Shown here: positions 30,195 to 40,189 of the stretch, one piece after another
Layout of the letters: each line of letters starts with the position of its first letter
Position numbering within the stretch: the stretch's first letter is position 1
The notes under the pieces: generated by a model
Seen by the model: only the letters and a program-made list of their open reading frames with translations
The model's database searches: none
What the model was told of the DNA's origin: nothing
Made by a program: the position numbers and the translations under genes
Assembly: GCA_965207075.1 (NCBI GenBank)
Contig: CBDBLO010000002.1
Location: forward strand, 1,344,001 to 1,408,000
Direction of reading: 5' to 3'
DNA: 64,000 nt
Source of the DNA: Nitrosopumilus sp.
GTDB taxonomy: Archaea; Thermoproteota; Nitrososphaeria; Nitrososphaerales; Nitrosopumilaceae

Positions 30195-30984
30195 CGTTAG
30201 CCGCAACCGAATTCTGGCCGTCGTCGCCAAAGCAAGTCCGGAGCAGACAGGGTCACGGGCTGTTTGGCCTCTTCTGTAGCGGTCATCCGATCGGGGGAGC
30301 TGTCCGTCCACAGGGACGGGCTGAAGAACGGAGCGGCAGAGGAAGCCATGCGCGGCGATGTCAGACCAAAGATGATCCGTGATAGTGCGGGCGGGGAACC
30401 GCCGGACATGAGGTGGCCAAGAAAGATGGCGATTCCGGCGAAGTGAAGAGAAGGGCGGGCGCATAGGCCGGCCGCAGGGGGCCGTCCGTGGGGGGGGAGG
30501 GAGAAGCACGGCAAACTGCGCGATGCGCTTCTCCATCGGGCTGCGTGACACGCGTGGTAGATCCGACATGGCAGTCGCGAAGATTGCACGCAAGATGATC
30601 CACAACTAGCCGGGGCCCGCCAGAAGATGGTCTCGCGCCTGTACGTGGCCTAGGTCGGGTGGCGCTCCGCGTGTCGCGTCATGACCGCCCCGTGCATCGA
30701 CGCCATGCCGTGCACGTCGTTTGAGCCGCTGGTGCGCGTCACAACAGCGGGAGCCGGGGCTGGCCGCCGACAAGGGCAGAACCCGCGACGCCCGCGCAAT
30801 GTCACGCCCCGCCTCCCCCCCCTCCTCCCACCAGAGGAACGATGCAAGGACATGGCCGTTACCACGCGAGTCGTGGCACGAATCTAACCTGAACTTATGC
30901 TGTTCGGAAGAGATGAGGCGAGGTGACGCCGTCACGCAACGGCGCCGTCCTGCCGGCTCATTGCAATGCCGCTTCGGTTTTCTG

Positions 30985-31887
30985 TCACTGTGGCATTGAT
31001 GCCGCCTCTGCATTTATTATCGCAAGCGCCCCCATGATGGCCTCCTCCAGCCTGACGGTGGCAGTCTGCTGCCCCGGAAAAAAGTCCAGTATGCGGGCGC
31101 TGCTCATGGCCCCTACTCCTCCCCCGAGTATCTCGTGGACCCCGCGCTCAGGCGAGCCGAACACGACCAGCAGGTCGGAGCGGTCCCGCAGTATGCGCGA
31201 CGGCGGCACGTCCGTGCCGCCGCCCTCCTTTCCCCCACCGGCGGGCGCCCCACGCACGGGCCTGCCCTTTCTTGACGTTACTATGACCTGCCCCTCCCAC
31301 TCCGCGAGCAGTGACTTGAGGGATGCGCGCCCCCTTACCAAATAGCCCCAGTACAAGCCCGCCTGCTTCCTGTCGATCTCCGCGTACGTGGCGTCCGGCC
31401 CCGCGTTCTTTATGCGGACAGTCACGCGTCTTCCTGGCGGGGCCCTGCCCGTATACCTGAGGGGCCTGTTTGCCCCCACGTCTATGAATTTTCCTCCGCC
31501 CTTGCCCTCCCTTCTTCCCTTCCTTCCTCCCGCGGGGATTACGACGCCTTCGCGCACCTGCCCCGCCTCGAGCCTTCTGGAGGTAGCGTGGCTGGGTATG
31601 CGGAGGGGGAGCATCACGCCTGCAAACTTTAGATCGTCAGTGCGTGCAAACAGGTGCCTGCGTAGAAACTGTGGTGTCTCCAGGTACTTCAGGGACGTGA
31701 TAAGCAGGTCCGCGTCTGACCTGCCGCTGCTGCCGCCCTTGGAGCCGCCCCCCTCGCCATACACGTAGATGGTCTCGACCCCGAATATCGCGCACGCCCT
31801 TGCAATCACCGACGCCTTGCGAGTCTTTGCGGACTTTTGGGACTCGTCGGACAGGGACGTCTCTGGAATCGCGACGGATATGTTCAA
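30985..31887 (-). CDS. SPOUT-family RNA methyltransferase (DUF171-like)
   Basis: ISVAIP, IARACAIFGV, YLETPQFLR, YWGY, VFGSPERG, PGQQTATVRLEEA. Confidence 0.92.
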   Translation of the reverse strand: MNISVAIPETSLSDESQKSAKTRKASVIARACAIFGVETIYVYGEGGGSKGGSSGRSDADLLITSLKYLETPQFLRRHLFARTDDLKFAGVMLPLRIPSHATSRRLEAGQVREGVVIPAGGRKGRREGKGGGKFIDVGANRPLRYTGRAPPGRRVTVRIKNAGPDATYAEIDRKQAGLYWGYLVRGRASLKSLLAEWEGQVIVTSRKGRPVRGAPAGGGKEGGGTDVPPSRILRDRSDLLVVFGSPERGVHEILGGGVGAMSSARILDFFPGQQTATVRLEEAIMGALAIINAEAASMPQ

Positions 31888-31893
31888 GCGTGA

Positions 31894-32643
31894 TTACTCG
31901 CCGCCACCGCTCTCGGGTGGCTGGTACTTTGACTTTGCGGCCGCGGCGTGCTCCGAGACCGACTCTGCCGCGACATTCTCAAAGGCGGCCGAGGACGTGC
32001 TTATGAGGGCCATGCGTATGTGGTCCGTGCCCTCCTTGTCCTCGCTTGCGGCGTAGATGCCGCCTGCGGCCAGTACCGACGCCTCTTCCATGGTCAGGTC
32101 GTACGAGTAGTTCTTTTCCAGAAACTCCGTCACCTTGTCGGAGCCCGAGCCTATTGCGACCGCGTCGTACGCGATGTACGTGCCGCTCGGGTCGGTAAGG
32201 AAGAGCTGCGGGGTCGAATCTACGACGCCGCCCAGTATGAGCGCGACCCCGAACGGCCGCACGCCCCCGTACTGCGTGTACTGTTGGGACTGGTCTGCAA
32301 GGTGCTTTGCAATGGTCTCGACCGTCACGGGCTCGTCGTATATGATACGGTTGCTCTGGGAGAAGAAGCGGGCGTTGTCCACCTGGCTTCTCGCATCAGG
32401 TATGTATCCTGCCGCCGCGATCCCCACATGGTCGTCGACTTGGAATATCTTTTGAGCAGACGATGATATCTGGAGTTTCTTTGTCCTCTCCTCTACTGCA
32501 ATGACGATTCCGTCCTTGCACTTGATCCCGAGCGCGACGGTTCCGCGCCGTACGGTCTCGATGGCATACTCGACCTGGTACAGGCGGCCGTCCGGGGAGA
32601 ATATCGTTATGGCCCTGTCATAACCCTGCTGTGCCGGAAGCAT
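31894..32643 (-). CDS. psmA: Proteasome subunit alpha
   Basis: GYDRAITIFSPDGRLYQVEYA signature, RPFGV. Confidence 0.98.
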   Translation of the reverse strand: MLPAQQGYDRAITIFSPDGRLYQVEYAIETVRRGTVALGIKCKDGIVIAVEERTKKLQISSSAQKIFQVDDHVGIAAAGYIPDARSQVDNARFFSQSNRIIYDEPVTVETIAKHLADQSQQYTQYGGVRPFGVALILGGVVDSTPQLFLTDPSGTYIAYDAVAIGSGSDKVTEFLEKNYSYDLTMEEASVLAAGGIYAASEDKEGTDHIRMALISTSSAAFENVAAESVSEHAAAAKSKYQPPESGGGE

Positions 32644-32876
32644 ACACGCGGATTGGAGGATCTCGTCAATTTAAGCCATGGCTTTGGCACGGCGGGAACC
32701 GCCTGCGGCGGCGTGTCGCGCAGCTGCTGTTACTGCAGGGAACAGATGCCTGCACGCTCAGCGGATGCTGGACCCTGTCTCCTCCTCCTCCTCTGCTTCT
32801 TCTCCACCGCTCACGCCGTCCGGCGCATTCGGCGCACGCCTGCCCTCAACCGGCATTACCTAATGGCGGACTGCCG

Positions 32877-33095
32877 CTATTCTCCGCGAGCAAGCCGCCA
32901 GCTCATCTGTGACGGCTTGGCCGTTATGTTGTTATGCCCATATCTCGTGTGCCTCTCCTCGTGGCGGCGCTTTCTGGCATCCTGCGCAAAGTCCGCGGGA
33001 AGGCGCTGGCCGCACAGGGAGCAGATCCACTGCCCCCCTTGCCGCGCGTGCGCCTTTCTGCTGTCTCCCGGCGCGTCGGCCGCTACGTCATCCAC
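32877..33095 (-). CDS. Small C2H2-like zinc-finger protein
   Basis: WICSLCG...RHEERH; start uncertain. Confidence 0.5.
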   Translation of the reverse strand: MDDVAADAPGDSRKAHARQGGQWICSLCGQRLPADFAQDARKRRHEERHTRYGHNNITAKPSQMSWRLARGE

Positions 33096-33320
33096 TCCGG
33101 TCCTCTCCCGTTCTCATCCTGCAGTCACGCGCCGTTGGCCTGCCGGGGCCTCCTGCGGATCTCATGCCGCGGGCGCCCCAACTGGCACAGTACATGTGTA
33201 CGCGGCAGGTCCGCGGCCTAAAAAAAGATTGCAGCAGGAGTCCGGATGCCGCGAGCCCTCCCTTTCCTCGTCCTTCCTCCCCCACCAAGGTTTAATTCCA
33301 CACACTGGCCGCGTCCGTTT

Positions 33321-33734
33321 ATGCGGTTTGAAGTGGGCTTCTGCGGCCACCCAAACGTACTCTCGACTCACAAGAAGACGATCGAGATTACGAGGGAGGC
33401 GGCGCTGACGCCGCGCGGCGACTGCATAGTGGGCGTCGGTGCCGAGTCGGCGTGCGCCGATCTGCCCGACGAGCTCAAGAGCAGGCTCCGCGATCCCGGC
33501 AGGCCGGTGCGCATCGCAATAGAGGTGGGAGGCCTCAGGTTTGAGGCAGAGGGCGTGGGGCACAAAGGCCTCACGCTGACGCACGCGTCCGACATCGTAG
33601 TCCGGAAGAGCAGGTTTGTATGCCCGCGCACGCTTGCGGTGGGGTTTGACAAGGCCTCTGACGACGTTCCGCGCGACATGGTGCGCCTGCTCCGTGATTC
33701 CGGCGCGCGCGGAGTGTTCTCAATAGAGACATGA
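33321..33734 (+). CDS. DUF371-family protein
   Basis: GHPNVLSTHKKTIEIT, LTPRGDCIVGV, DIVVRKS.FVCPRTL. Confidence 0.92.
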   Translation: MRFEVGFCGHPNVLSTHKKTIEITREAALTPRGDCIVGVGAESACADLPDELKSRLRDPGRPVRIAIEVGGLRFEAEGVGHKGLTLTHASDIVVRKSRFVCPRTLAVGFDKASDDVPRDMVRLLRDSGARGVFSIET

Positions 33735-33766
33735 TGGATTTTATACTTGGACGGCCCCGCCATGCC

Positions 33767-33886
33767 ATGGGCCTCAAGACAAAGATCTTTTTGCTCATAC
33801 CGCTCGGGGTGTTTGCCTCCGTGATACTTGGATTCGGAATGTACATGACCTTGTGCAAGAACTCCAACATTCCTCTCTCCTGCTAG
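33767..33886 (+). CDS. 39-aa single-TM microprotein
   Basis: Manual translation MGLKTKIFLLIPLGVFASVILGFGMYMTLCKNSNIPLSC; TTTTATA box at about 33739. Confidence 0.6.
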   Translation: MGLKTKIFLLIPLGVFASVILGFGMYMTLCKNSNIPLSC

Positions 33887-33918
33887 CACATTATATGGGG
33901 CGGGCGCGGCACGCTGTC

Positions 33919-34257
33919 ATGGCGCCTGACGACAGCATACGGCCGCCTCCGGACGCGACAGAGTCCCAAATAGACGAGATCCGGCGCCTGATGGCGCTGA
34001 TGCCAGCAGACAGCGTGCTGTCGGGGCTGCGGTTTGCCCACAGCAGGTGGGCCGCCAAGGATGCCGGACAGCTAAAGGTGGGCCGCAAGAGCTTGATACG
34101 CGAAGAGGTGCATTCCGTGTCGTCTGAGCAGGCCCGCTGGAGGCTTGCAAACTGGAAGACCATGATCGCCGAGTATCGGAGAAAGGGGTACAGCTATCCG
34201 AGCATATCCAGAATCAAGAAGCTGCTTGTAGAGAAGGCGGGCGAGCCGGCAAAGTAG
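33919..34257 (+). CDS. Hypothetical protein
   Basis: 112-aa ORF (MAPDDSIRPP...); TTATAT box at about 33891. Confidence 0.75.
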   Translation: MAPDDSIRPPPDATESQIDEIRRLMALMPADSVLSGLRFAHSRWAAKDAGQLKVGRKSLIREEVHSVSSEQARWRLANWKTMIAEYRRKGYSYPSISRIKKLLVEKAGEPAK

Positions 34258-34317
34258 GGCGGCCTGCGATCTGTCACTGCATCCTGTTGCGCGCGTGGCT
34301 TTGAATGCGCCTGGCGA

Positions 34318-35244
34318 TCACATCGGGATGATCTCTTTCTTTTTGCTCTGCTGCTCGGCGGCGGCACGAGGTGCGGGTTGCTGCTGTTGCGGTGGCGGTG
34401 GCGGCGGTGGCGCGGATTGCTGCTGCGAAATGTTGAACTGAGTAGGCTGCTGTTGAGGCGGGGGCCGTATCTGAGATACCTGTTGTTGCCGCGGCGGTTG
34501 CTGCTGCTGCTGCTGCGGCTGCGGTGGCAAGATGTTTGGACCTTCCGCCGCATCCATCTCTATGTTCGGAACCGACTGCAGCATGTCACTGGCAGAGGCT
34601 GCGGCTGCTGCTGCCACTCCCGCCTTGCCGCTCTGAAACTCCGCCGGAACGTCCGGAAACGCGGTCTGTGCCTTCCCGACCATAACGTTGTGTGCCTCCT
34701 CCAGTATGGCGCGGGCCTCCTCGCTGCCCGCTCCCACCTCCACGCCGGTGCACATCGCGCCCATGGACGATCCATCTATCACGTCCCCGAGCATCTCTGA
34801 GAGATCGTTCATGGAGGAGCTTGCCTGTGGCATTATGCCGCTTAGGGACGGCGCCAGCCCGCGTATCAACGACATGCACGGGCTTAGCGTGACCACCACG
34901 TCGCCGAATTCGGTTACCGTGTCGAGCCTTATCTTTACCTGCTCAAGGGAGAGTTTCGCGCCGTTTACCATCGTGAGCATCTTGCGCACCTGGCCCAGTT
35001 CCTGCGCATACGCCCTCGCGTACCGTATCTGGTTCCTGCGCTGCGCGTGCATCACCTTTTGGAATATCGTGTCGTGTATCTTTTGCATCTTGCCGCGGGC
35101 CACGTCGAGCTTTGCAATCTGTATGTCGAATTCGCGCTGGGCGCCGGCAATCCTCTTTGTAAGCGGCTCTTCGCTCTTTACCTTGTCAAACATCCTCTTT
35201 GAGATGCTCTTGCGGCCTGCATTGTCCCAGGAATCCCTTAGCAT
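34318..35244 (-). CDS. cdvB: ESCRT-III / Snf7 (CdvB-family) protein with Gln/Pro-rich tail
   Basis: Snf7 core (ARAYAQEL.QVRKM...AKLSLEQVKIRLDTVTEFGDVVVTLSP, EEARAILEEA); which paralog is unresolved. Confidence 0.88.
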   Translation of the reverse strand: MLRDSWDNAGRKSISKRMFDKVKSEEPLTKRIAGAQREFDIQIAKLDVARGKMQKIHDTIFQKVMHAQRRNQIRYARAYAQELGQVRKMLTMVNGAKLSLEQVKIRLDTVTEFGDVVVTLSPCMSLIRGLAPSLSGIMPQASSSMNDLSEMLGDVIDGSSMGAMCTGVEVGAGSEEARAILEEAHNVMVGKAQTAFPDVPAEFQSGKAGVAAAAAASASDMLQSVPNIEMDAAEGPNILPPQPQQQQQQPPRQQQVSQIRPPPQQQPTQFNISQQQSAPPPPPPPQQQQPAPRAAAEQQSKKKEIIPM

Positions 35245-35407
35245 TTGATCTGCTTTACAAAATACGTTAAAAGCGTGGCTGTCACCGCGCCTACTGTAAC
35301 CGTGGTTACACGTACGCGCGGTTAATGGCGTGAGGGGGGAGTGGGTGGAGGAGGAGGAGGAGATACAGCGGCGCCAGCATGCGGCGCGGGACGCGGCCCG
35401 GACGGCG

Positions 35408-36538
35408 TCATCCGAACGTGAACGTGAATATCTCAAAGCCGCCCCCGTTGTCTATCTGCAGCTCAATCTCATGCGTGGAGCTGGACTCGGCGCTTACCAC
35501 GTTGTACAGGCGCGGCTCGTCAGTCGCGATCAGTCCCGTATCGGGATCGACGTCGTGCCCCGCAATGTCCGGACTGATGGGGGCGCCGTCGACTAGCACC
35601 CGTATCACGCCGGCCCCGGCCGTCACGATGTTGACCTCCTTTGCGCTGTACTTTAGCAGCACGCTCCCGTCCTCCCCGTCCGGGAGGCTCATGCCGTCGC
35701 GCCCGTTGGTCCACGTCCCGACCATGTAGAACTTGTTGTGCTCCACGCCGTCTGGGCGCTCGTACTCTATCGTCCGGCCCGGATTGAACCCCTCGCTGCT
35801 GCCAAGGTTGTTGCGGTTCTGGGCGAAATAGTATCCAAAGTACAGCTCCGGCGTCCTGAATGCCGTGTGCTGGAACTCGTCAATGTCCACGAGCGGCTCG
35901 GCCGCGGCGGCCTGCACTCCGAGGGCCGCGGCGCGCTCGGCGAGCAGCTTCTGTATGACGCGCTCCGTCTCCTGGTATCCGCCCTCGCCTATCCTGTCAT
36001 ACCTGACGTACCCCTCGTGGTCGGCCACGTACTTGCGTGGCCAGTACCTGTTCTCAAACGCGTCCCACGTCTCCCAGTCGTTGTCGAGCACAACGGGATA
36101 CACGATGCCGTGCTTTTCAACTGCCCTTCTGACGTTGTCGACGTCCTTTTCAAACTCGAACTCCGGCGAGTGTACGCCTACTATCAGCAGCCCCTGGTCC
36201 GCATACTTTTCGTCCCACGCCGTGATGTACGGCAGGGTCCGCAGGCAGTTTATGCAGCTGTACGTCCATATGTCGTACAGTACGACGCTGTCGCCGATCC
36301 TGGACTCCAGCTCCTCGGGCGTGGTGTTCAGATAGTGCGCTATGCCCACCAAGTCGGGCGCCATCTTGAAGCGGGACTTGTCGACTGCCGGGGCGGACTG
36401 CTGCGCGTCGGGGTCCCCGCCTGCGGCCACCGTGGGAGCCGGTTCCGAGTCGAGCGCCGTGAACGCGATGCTTGCAACGGCGAGCCCCACTGCAATGACG
36501 CCCCCGAGTACTATTGCTGTCCTTACCTCTGGTCTCAT
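35408..36538 (-). CDS. Membrane-anchored redoxin (DipZ C-terminal-like thioredoxin)
   Basis: DIWTYSCINCLRTLP, GVHSPEFEFE, NRYWP, GEGGY, TPELY, FTFG end. Confidence 0.92.
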   Translation of the reverse strand: MRPEVRTAIVLGGVIAVGLAVASIAFTALDSEPAPTVAAGGDPDAQQSAPAVDKSRFKMAPDLVGIAHYLNTTPEELESRIGDSVVLYDIWTYSCINCLRTLPYITAWDEKYADQGLLIVGVHSPEFEFEKDVDNVRRAVEKHGIVYPVVLDNDWETWDAFENRYWPRKYVADHEGYVRYDRIGEGGYQETERVIQKLLAERAAALGVQAAAAEPLVDIDEFQHTAFRTPELYFGYYFAQNRNNLGSSEGFNPGRTIEYERPDGVEHNKFYMVGTWTNGRDGMSLPDGEDGSVLLKYSAKEVNIVTAGAGVIRVLVDGAPISPDIAGHDVDPDTGLIATDEPRLYNVVSAESSSTHEIELQIDNGGGFEIFTFTFG

Positions 36539-36542
36539 TGCA

Positions 36543-37298
36543 TCACCCTAGGAACAGTAGCTCGTTGAGCAGCGGAAAGTTTGCAATCTGCGCAAGCTGG
36601 TTTGTGAGGACGAGGACGCCGAGCAGTATGATGAACCCTCCGAGCATCGGGTTGTAGTACTTTAGGTGCCTCGACATTGCGCGTATCATGCGGGTGGCCC
36701 TGGAATAGAACACGCCGATCAGTATGAACGGGATCCCAAGCCCCAGCGAGTAGACCAGCAGCAGGTTGAACGCCGCAGACGGCGTGGTTGCGGCAAGCGT
36801 AAGTATGGTGCCGAGTATGGGGCCAACGCACGGTGTCCACCCGACTGCAAAGGCGAGCCCGAACACGAACGACATGGGGTATCCGGTCTTTGCCCCCCTC
36901 GGGACGAACTTGCGCTCCACGTTGATCTGCCTTATCCAAGTCGAGAGCAGGAGAAACACGCCGAACGAGATTATTATGGCCCCCCCTACCGTGTTGAGTC
37001 CCTCGACCAGTTCCCCCGTATACTGCGACAGGACGCTGTTGATGAGCACGCCGAACACGGAGAACACCACGGAAAAGCCCAGAACGAAGAAGACAGAGTT
37101 CAGCACGATGCTGGCGCGGTTTATCGATACGGTCTTGGAGGCGCCGGACTGGGATCCGCCGCTGCCGCTCTGCGTGAGATCCGCAATGGTGGTGCCCGAT
37201 ATGTACGCCAGAAACGCAGGGATCATTGGAAGTATGCAGGGGGCCGCAAAGGATCCCATACCCGCAAGGGCCGCTATGGCAAGGTTGAGCTCCGTCAT
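36543..37298 (-). CDS. ccdA: Cytochrome c biogenesis / thiol-disulfide transporter CcdA
   Basis: SFAAPCILPMIP and GWTPCVGPILG motifs, 6 TMs. Confidence 0.93.
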   Translation of the reverse strand: MTELNLAIAALAGMGSFAAPCILPMIPAFLAYISGTTIADLTQSGSGGSQSGASKTVSINRASIVLNSVFFVLGFSVVFSVFGVLINSVLSQYTGELVEGLNTVGGAIIISFGVFLLLSTWIRQINVERKFVPRGAKTGYPMSFVFGLAFAVGWTPCVGPILGTILTLAATTPSAAFNLLLVYSLGLGIPFILIGVFYSRATRMIRAMSRHLKYYNPMLGGFIILLGVLVLTNQLAQIANFPLLNELLFLG

Positions 37299-37488
37299 GT
37301 GTATAAGAACGGCAAAAATGCATTAAAGAGTTATTCCAGATTCTGTTCCTTCTTGTCAGCCGTCGGCGGCCTTGCCTGCTCTGCGGGTCATACGCGCCCA
37401 AGGCGGCGGGCTTTGACAGTCACCAACGGTTGACGAGAAGCAGTCCTTCGACCATTTGCTTTTTATCGGAGATCACGCACGGGGCCCC

Positions 37489-37593
37489 ATGAACAAGAGG
37501 TTTGTCATAGTCGGCATAGCACTAGGCGTGGTAATCACCATTGCCGTGATAGTGGGCTCGCCCGCGCTTGGCGGGTTTGACATGATGCGCTGA
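37489..37593 (+). CDS. 34-aa single-TM microprotein
   Basis: Manual translation MNKRFVIVGIALGVVITIAVIVGSPALGGFDMMR; TTTTTAT box at about 37460. Confidence 0.6.
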   Translation: MNKRFVIVGIALGVVITIAVIVGSPALGGFDMMR

Positions 37594-37629
37594 TTCGGCC
37601 GCCGCCCCGGCGCGTGGCGCCGCGCAGCG

Positions 37630-38979
37630 TCATGCCAAAGCTGATTCCAGAGCCTCTCCTACGGCATCTATGTCCTTGTCCTCAAGCCAAGCAGTGGCCG
37701 ACATTCTGATCCGGGCCTCGCCGCGTGGTACCGTCGGGTATCTGATCGCGGGGGCGTACACGCCGGCCCTGTACAGGCGCTCCGAAACGTCCGCGGCGCG
37801 CCGCTCGTCTCCAACCATCACCGGCATGATGTGCGTGTGGGACTCGGTGGGATGTCCTGCCTCTGCAAGCGCCCCGGCCAGTCTCTTTACGTTGCGCGCC
37901 AACCTGGCCCTGCGACTGCGCATCACGTCTGACGCGAGCATCCTGCGGTATGCATGCTCTGCAAAGTATGACGGGAGGGCCGACGTGTATATGAACGCCC
38001 TCGAACGGTTGACGCACAGGTCTACAACGTCGCTGTCTGATGCCACGTACCCTCCAAACGAGCCGAGTCCCTTGCTGAGGCTGCTTGTATAGACGTGGGG
38101 CCCCCGTCCGTCGCGCGGGGAGATCCCCCGATACTCGAGGGTGCCGCCGCCCGTCTCCCCCAGCACAAAGTCGCCGTGGGCGTCGTCTACCATCATGACG
38201 GCGCCATGCCTGTCTGCCACGTCCCGCAACGGCCCCAGCGGCGCGACGTCCCCGTCCATGCTGAAGACCCCCTCCGTTATTATGACGACGCGCCCGCGTC
38301 CGTCGCCGGCGTGCGCGGAGATCTTGCGCTCCAGGTCGGCCACGTCGTTGTGGGCATATGTGACTGTTCGCGAGCCGCCTGCAAGCTTGCACCCGTCTAT
38401 TATGCTCGCGTGGTTGAGCTCGTCGCTAAATATGACGCTGCCGGCGGCGGCGCCCTTCTTTGCATCTCCCGCCGCTCCAAGTATCTGTATGGCCCCTATG
38501 TTGGCCATGTACCCTGTCGGGTAGGTTAGCGCGGCCTCGTACGACTTTGACTCGGCAAGCGCCTCCTCGAGCATCGCGTGGTGCGCGTCGCCGCCGGAAA
38601 GCAGCCGCGAGCTTGCCTGGACCTGCGCCGGTTCCCCAGGCCCGGCATCGTCCGGGCAGGTGCCGGCCCGGGAGCCGCCGCCTGGCGCCGTCCCCTTCCC
38701 ACTTCCGCGCCCCCCCATCCCGAGGTAGTCGTTTGAGCACAGGTTGATCAGCGCGCGCCCGTCGATTGTAATGTACTGCCCGCGGGTCTTCCCGTGCCGC
38801 AGCCGGCGGTACAGTCCTGCCTTTTCTGCCGCCCGGAGTGTCTCTGCTGCAAAAGAGGTGGCCCGTCTTGGCGGCGGCGGCGGCGGCGTGGGTGACGGGG
38901 GTGACTGGCGCGCCGCTCCTTTTGTCCCTCCAGGTTCCGGACCGTCCGCGGCCGGCGCGGAGGACAGATTTGATGCCAT
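37630..38979 (-). CDS. bioF: 8-amino-7-oxononanoate synthase
   Basis: NLCSNDYLG, GYMAN, SDELNHASIIDG, EGVFSMDGD, VDDAH, SLSKGLG. Confidence 0.95.
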   Translation of the reverse strand: MASNLSSAPAADGPEPGGTKGAARQSPPSPTPPPPPPRRATSFAAETLRAAEKAGLYRRLRHGKTRGQYITIDGRALINLCSNDYLGMGGRGSGKGTAPGGGSRAGTCPDDAGPGEPAQVQASSRLLSGGDAHHAMLEEALAESKSYEAALTYPTGYMANIGAIQILGAAGDAKKGAAAGSVIFSDELNHASIIDGCKLAGGSRTVTYAHNDVADLERKISAHAGDGRGRVVIITEGVFSMDGDVAPLGPLRDVADRHGAVMMVDDAHGDFVLGETGGGTLEYRGISPRDGRGPHVYTSSLSKGLGSFGGYVASDSDVVDLCVNRSRAFIYTSALPSYFAEHAYRRMLASDVMRSRRARLARNVKRLAGALAEAGHPTESHTHIMPVMVGDERRAADVSERLYRAGVYAPAIRYPTVPRGEARIRMSATAWLEDKDIDAVGEALESALA

Positions 38980-39006
38980 CTTGCGCCGCTCGTCCCCCTC
39001 GGCCGG

Positions 39007-40029
39007 TCACTGCTGCCTGAGGCCGATCTCCTCGATCATCGCCCTGTCCCTGCCCGCGTCGTTGCCCGGACTGGTCAGGTATCCCCCCGTGATGATGCCG
39101 TTGGCGCCCCCGAGCAGCAGCCTCTTTCCGTCATCGTCAAGCGTCTCCTCGCGGCCCCCGGATATCTTTATGATGGAATCCGGCAGGACGAACCGCAGCA
39201 CCGCAAACACCCTGACAATCTCGGACTCTGGCAGCCGCACCTGAAGCTCAAGCGGGGTGCCCGGGACGGGCACCAGCATGTTTATCGTGACCTCCTCGGG
39301 GCGTATGCGCGCAAGCTCCATGACCAGCTCCAGCCTCTGAGCCCGGGTCTCGCCCATCCCGATTATCCCGCCGGTGCAGAGCTCCAGCCCGGCCTCCCTT
39401 GCAATCGCCAGGGTGTCGAGCCTGTCCTGGTACGTGTGGGTGGTGCATATCTCGGGGAATTTTGAACGGGAGGTCTCCAGGTTGTGGTTGTACCTGCGCA
39501 CGCCCAGCTCTTTGAGCGCCTTGGCCTGCTGCGCGGTAAGGAACCCCAGGCTGCACTCGACGGGTATCCCGACCTCTGTGTTTATGCGCCGTATGATGCG
39601 GCACACGTCCTCAAAGTCCCTTCTTGAGGGCTGTCGCCACGCAGCCACCAGGCAGTACGAGTCGGCCCCCTCGTCCCTTGCGCGCCTCGCGGACTCTACA
39701 ATCTCCCCGGCGGGGGGAAGCTCGTACGTGTCTATGCCCGTGTCGAACAGGGCCGACTGGGCGCAGAACGAGCAGTTCTCGCTGCAGGCGTTCTTCTTTA
39801 TGTTTGCCAGCTGCTCCACGTCCACGGACCTGCCGCCAAGGTCGCGCGTTATCTCGTTTGCGGCATCGGCGAGGTCTCCGAGCGCCGAGTCCGGCACGTT
39901 GAACAGGGCGGCGGCCGACTCGGAGGATATCCCCATCCCCGCAAAGATATCTTCAAGGCAGGATGATACAAGGGCGCGTGGGTCGCCTGCCTGCCCGTTG
40001 CCGTCTGATTCGCCAAAGCGCCGCGTCAT
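39007..40029 (-). CDS. bioB: Biotin synthase (radical SAM)
   Basis: CSENCSFCAQS, YNHNLETS, CTGGIIGMGE, GGRE. Confidence 0.97.
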   Translation of the reverse strand: MTRRFGESDGNGQAGDPRALVSSCLEDIFAGMGISSESAAALFNVPDSALGDLADAANEITRDLGGRSVDVEQLANIKKNACSENCSFCAQSALFDTGIDTYELPPAGEIVESARRARDEGADSYCLVAAWRQPSRRDFEDVCRIIRRINTEVGIPVECSLGFLTAQQAKALKELGVRRYNHNLETSRSKFPEICTTHTYQDRLDTLAIAREAGLELCTGGIIGMGETRAQRLELVMELARIRPEEVTINMLVPVPGTPLELQVRLPESEIVRVFAVLRFVLPDSIIKISGGREETLDDDGKRLLLGGANGIITGGYLTSPGNDAGRDRAMIEEIGLRQQ

Positions 40030-40189
40030 GGTTTACGCCTTGAGATCATTCAAAACCTCTTATAATGCATTGGGGGAGGGGGGGCGCCCCCACGGCGCGC
40101 CGTCCCCGTCCCTTCCCCCCGCCCCATACCCAGGCGCGCGGTTCGGACTCATCCGAGCTCCGATCATGAGCCGGTTGCACCTCCGGCCG

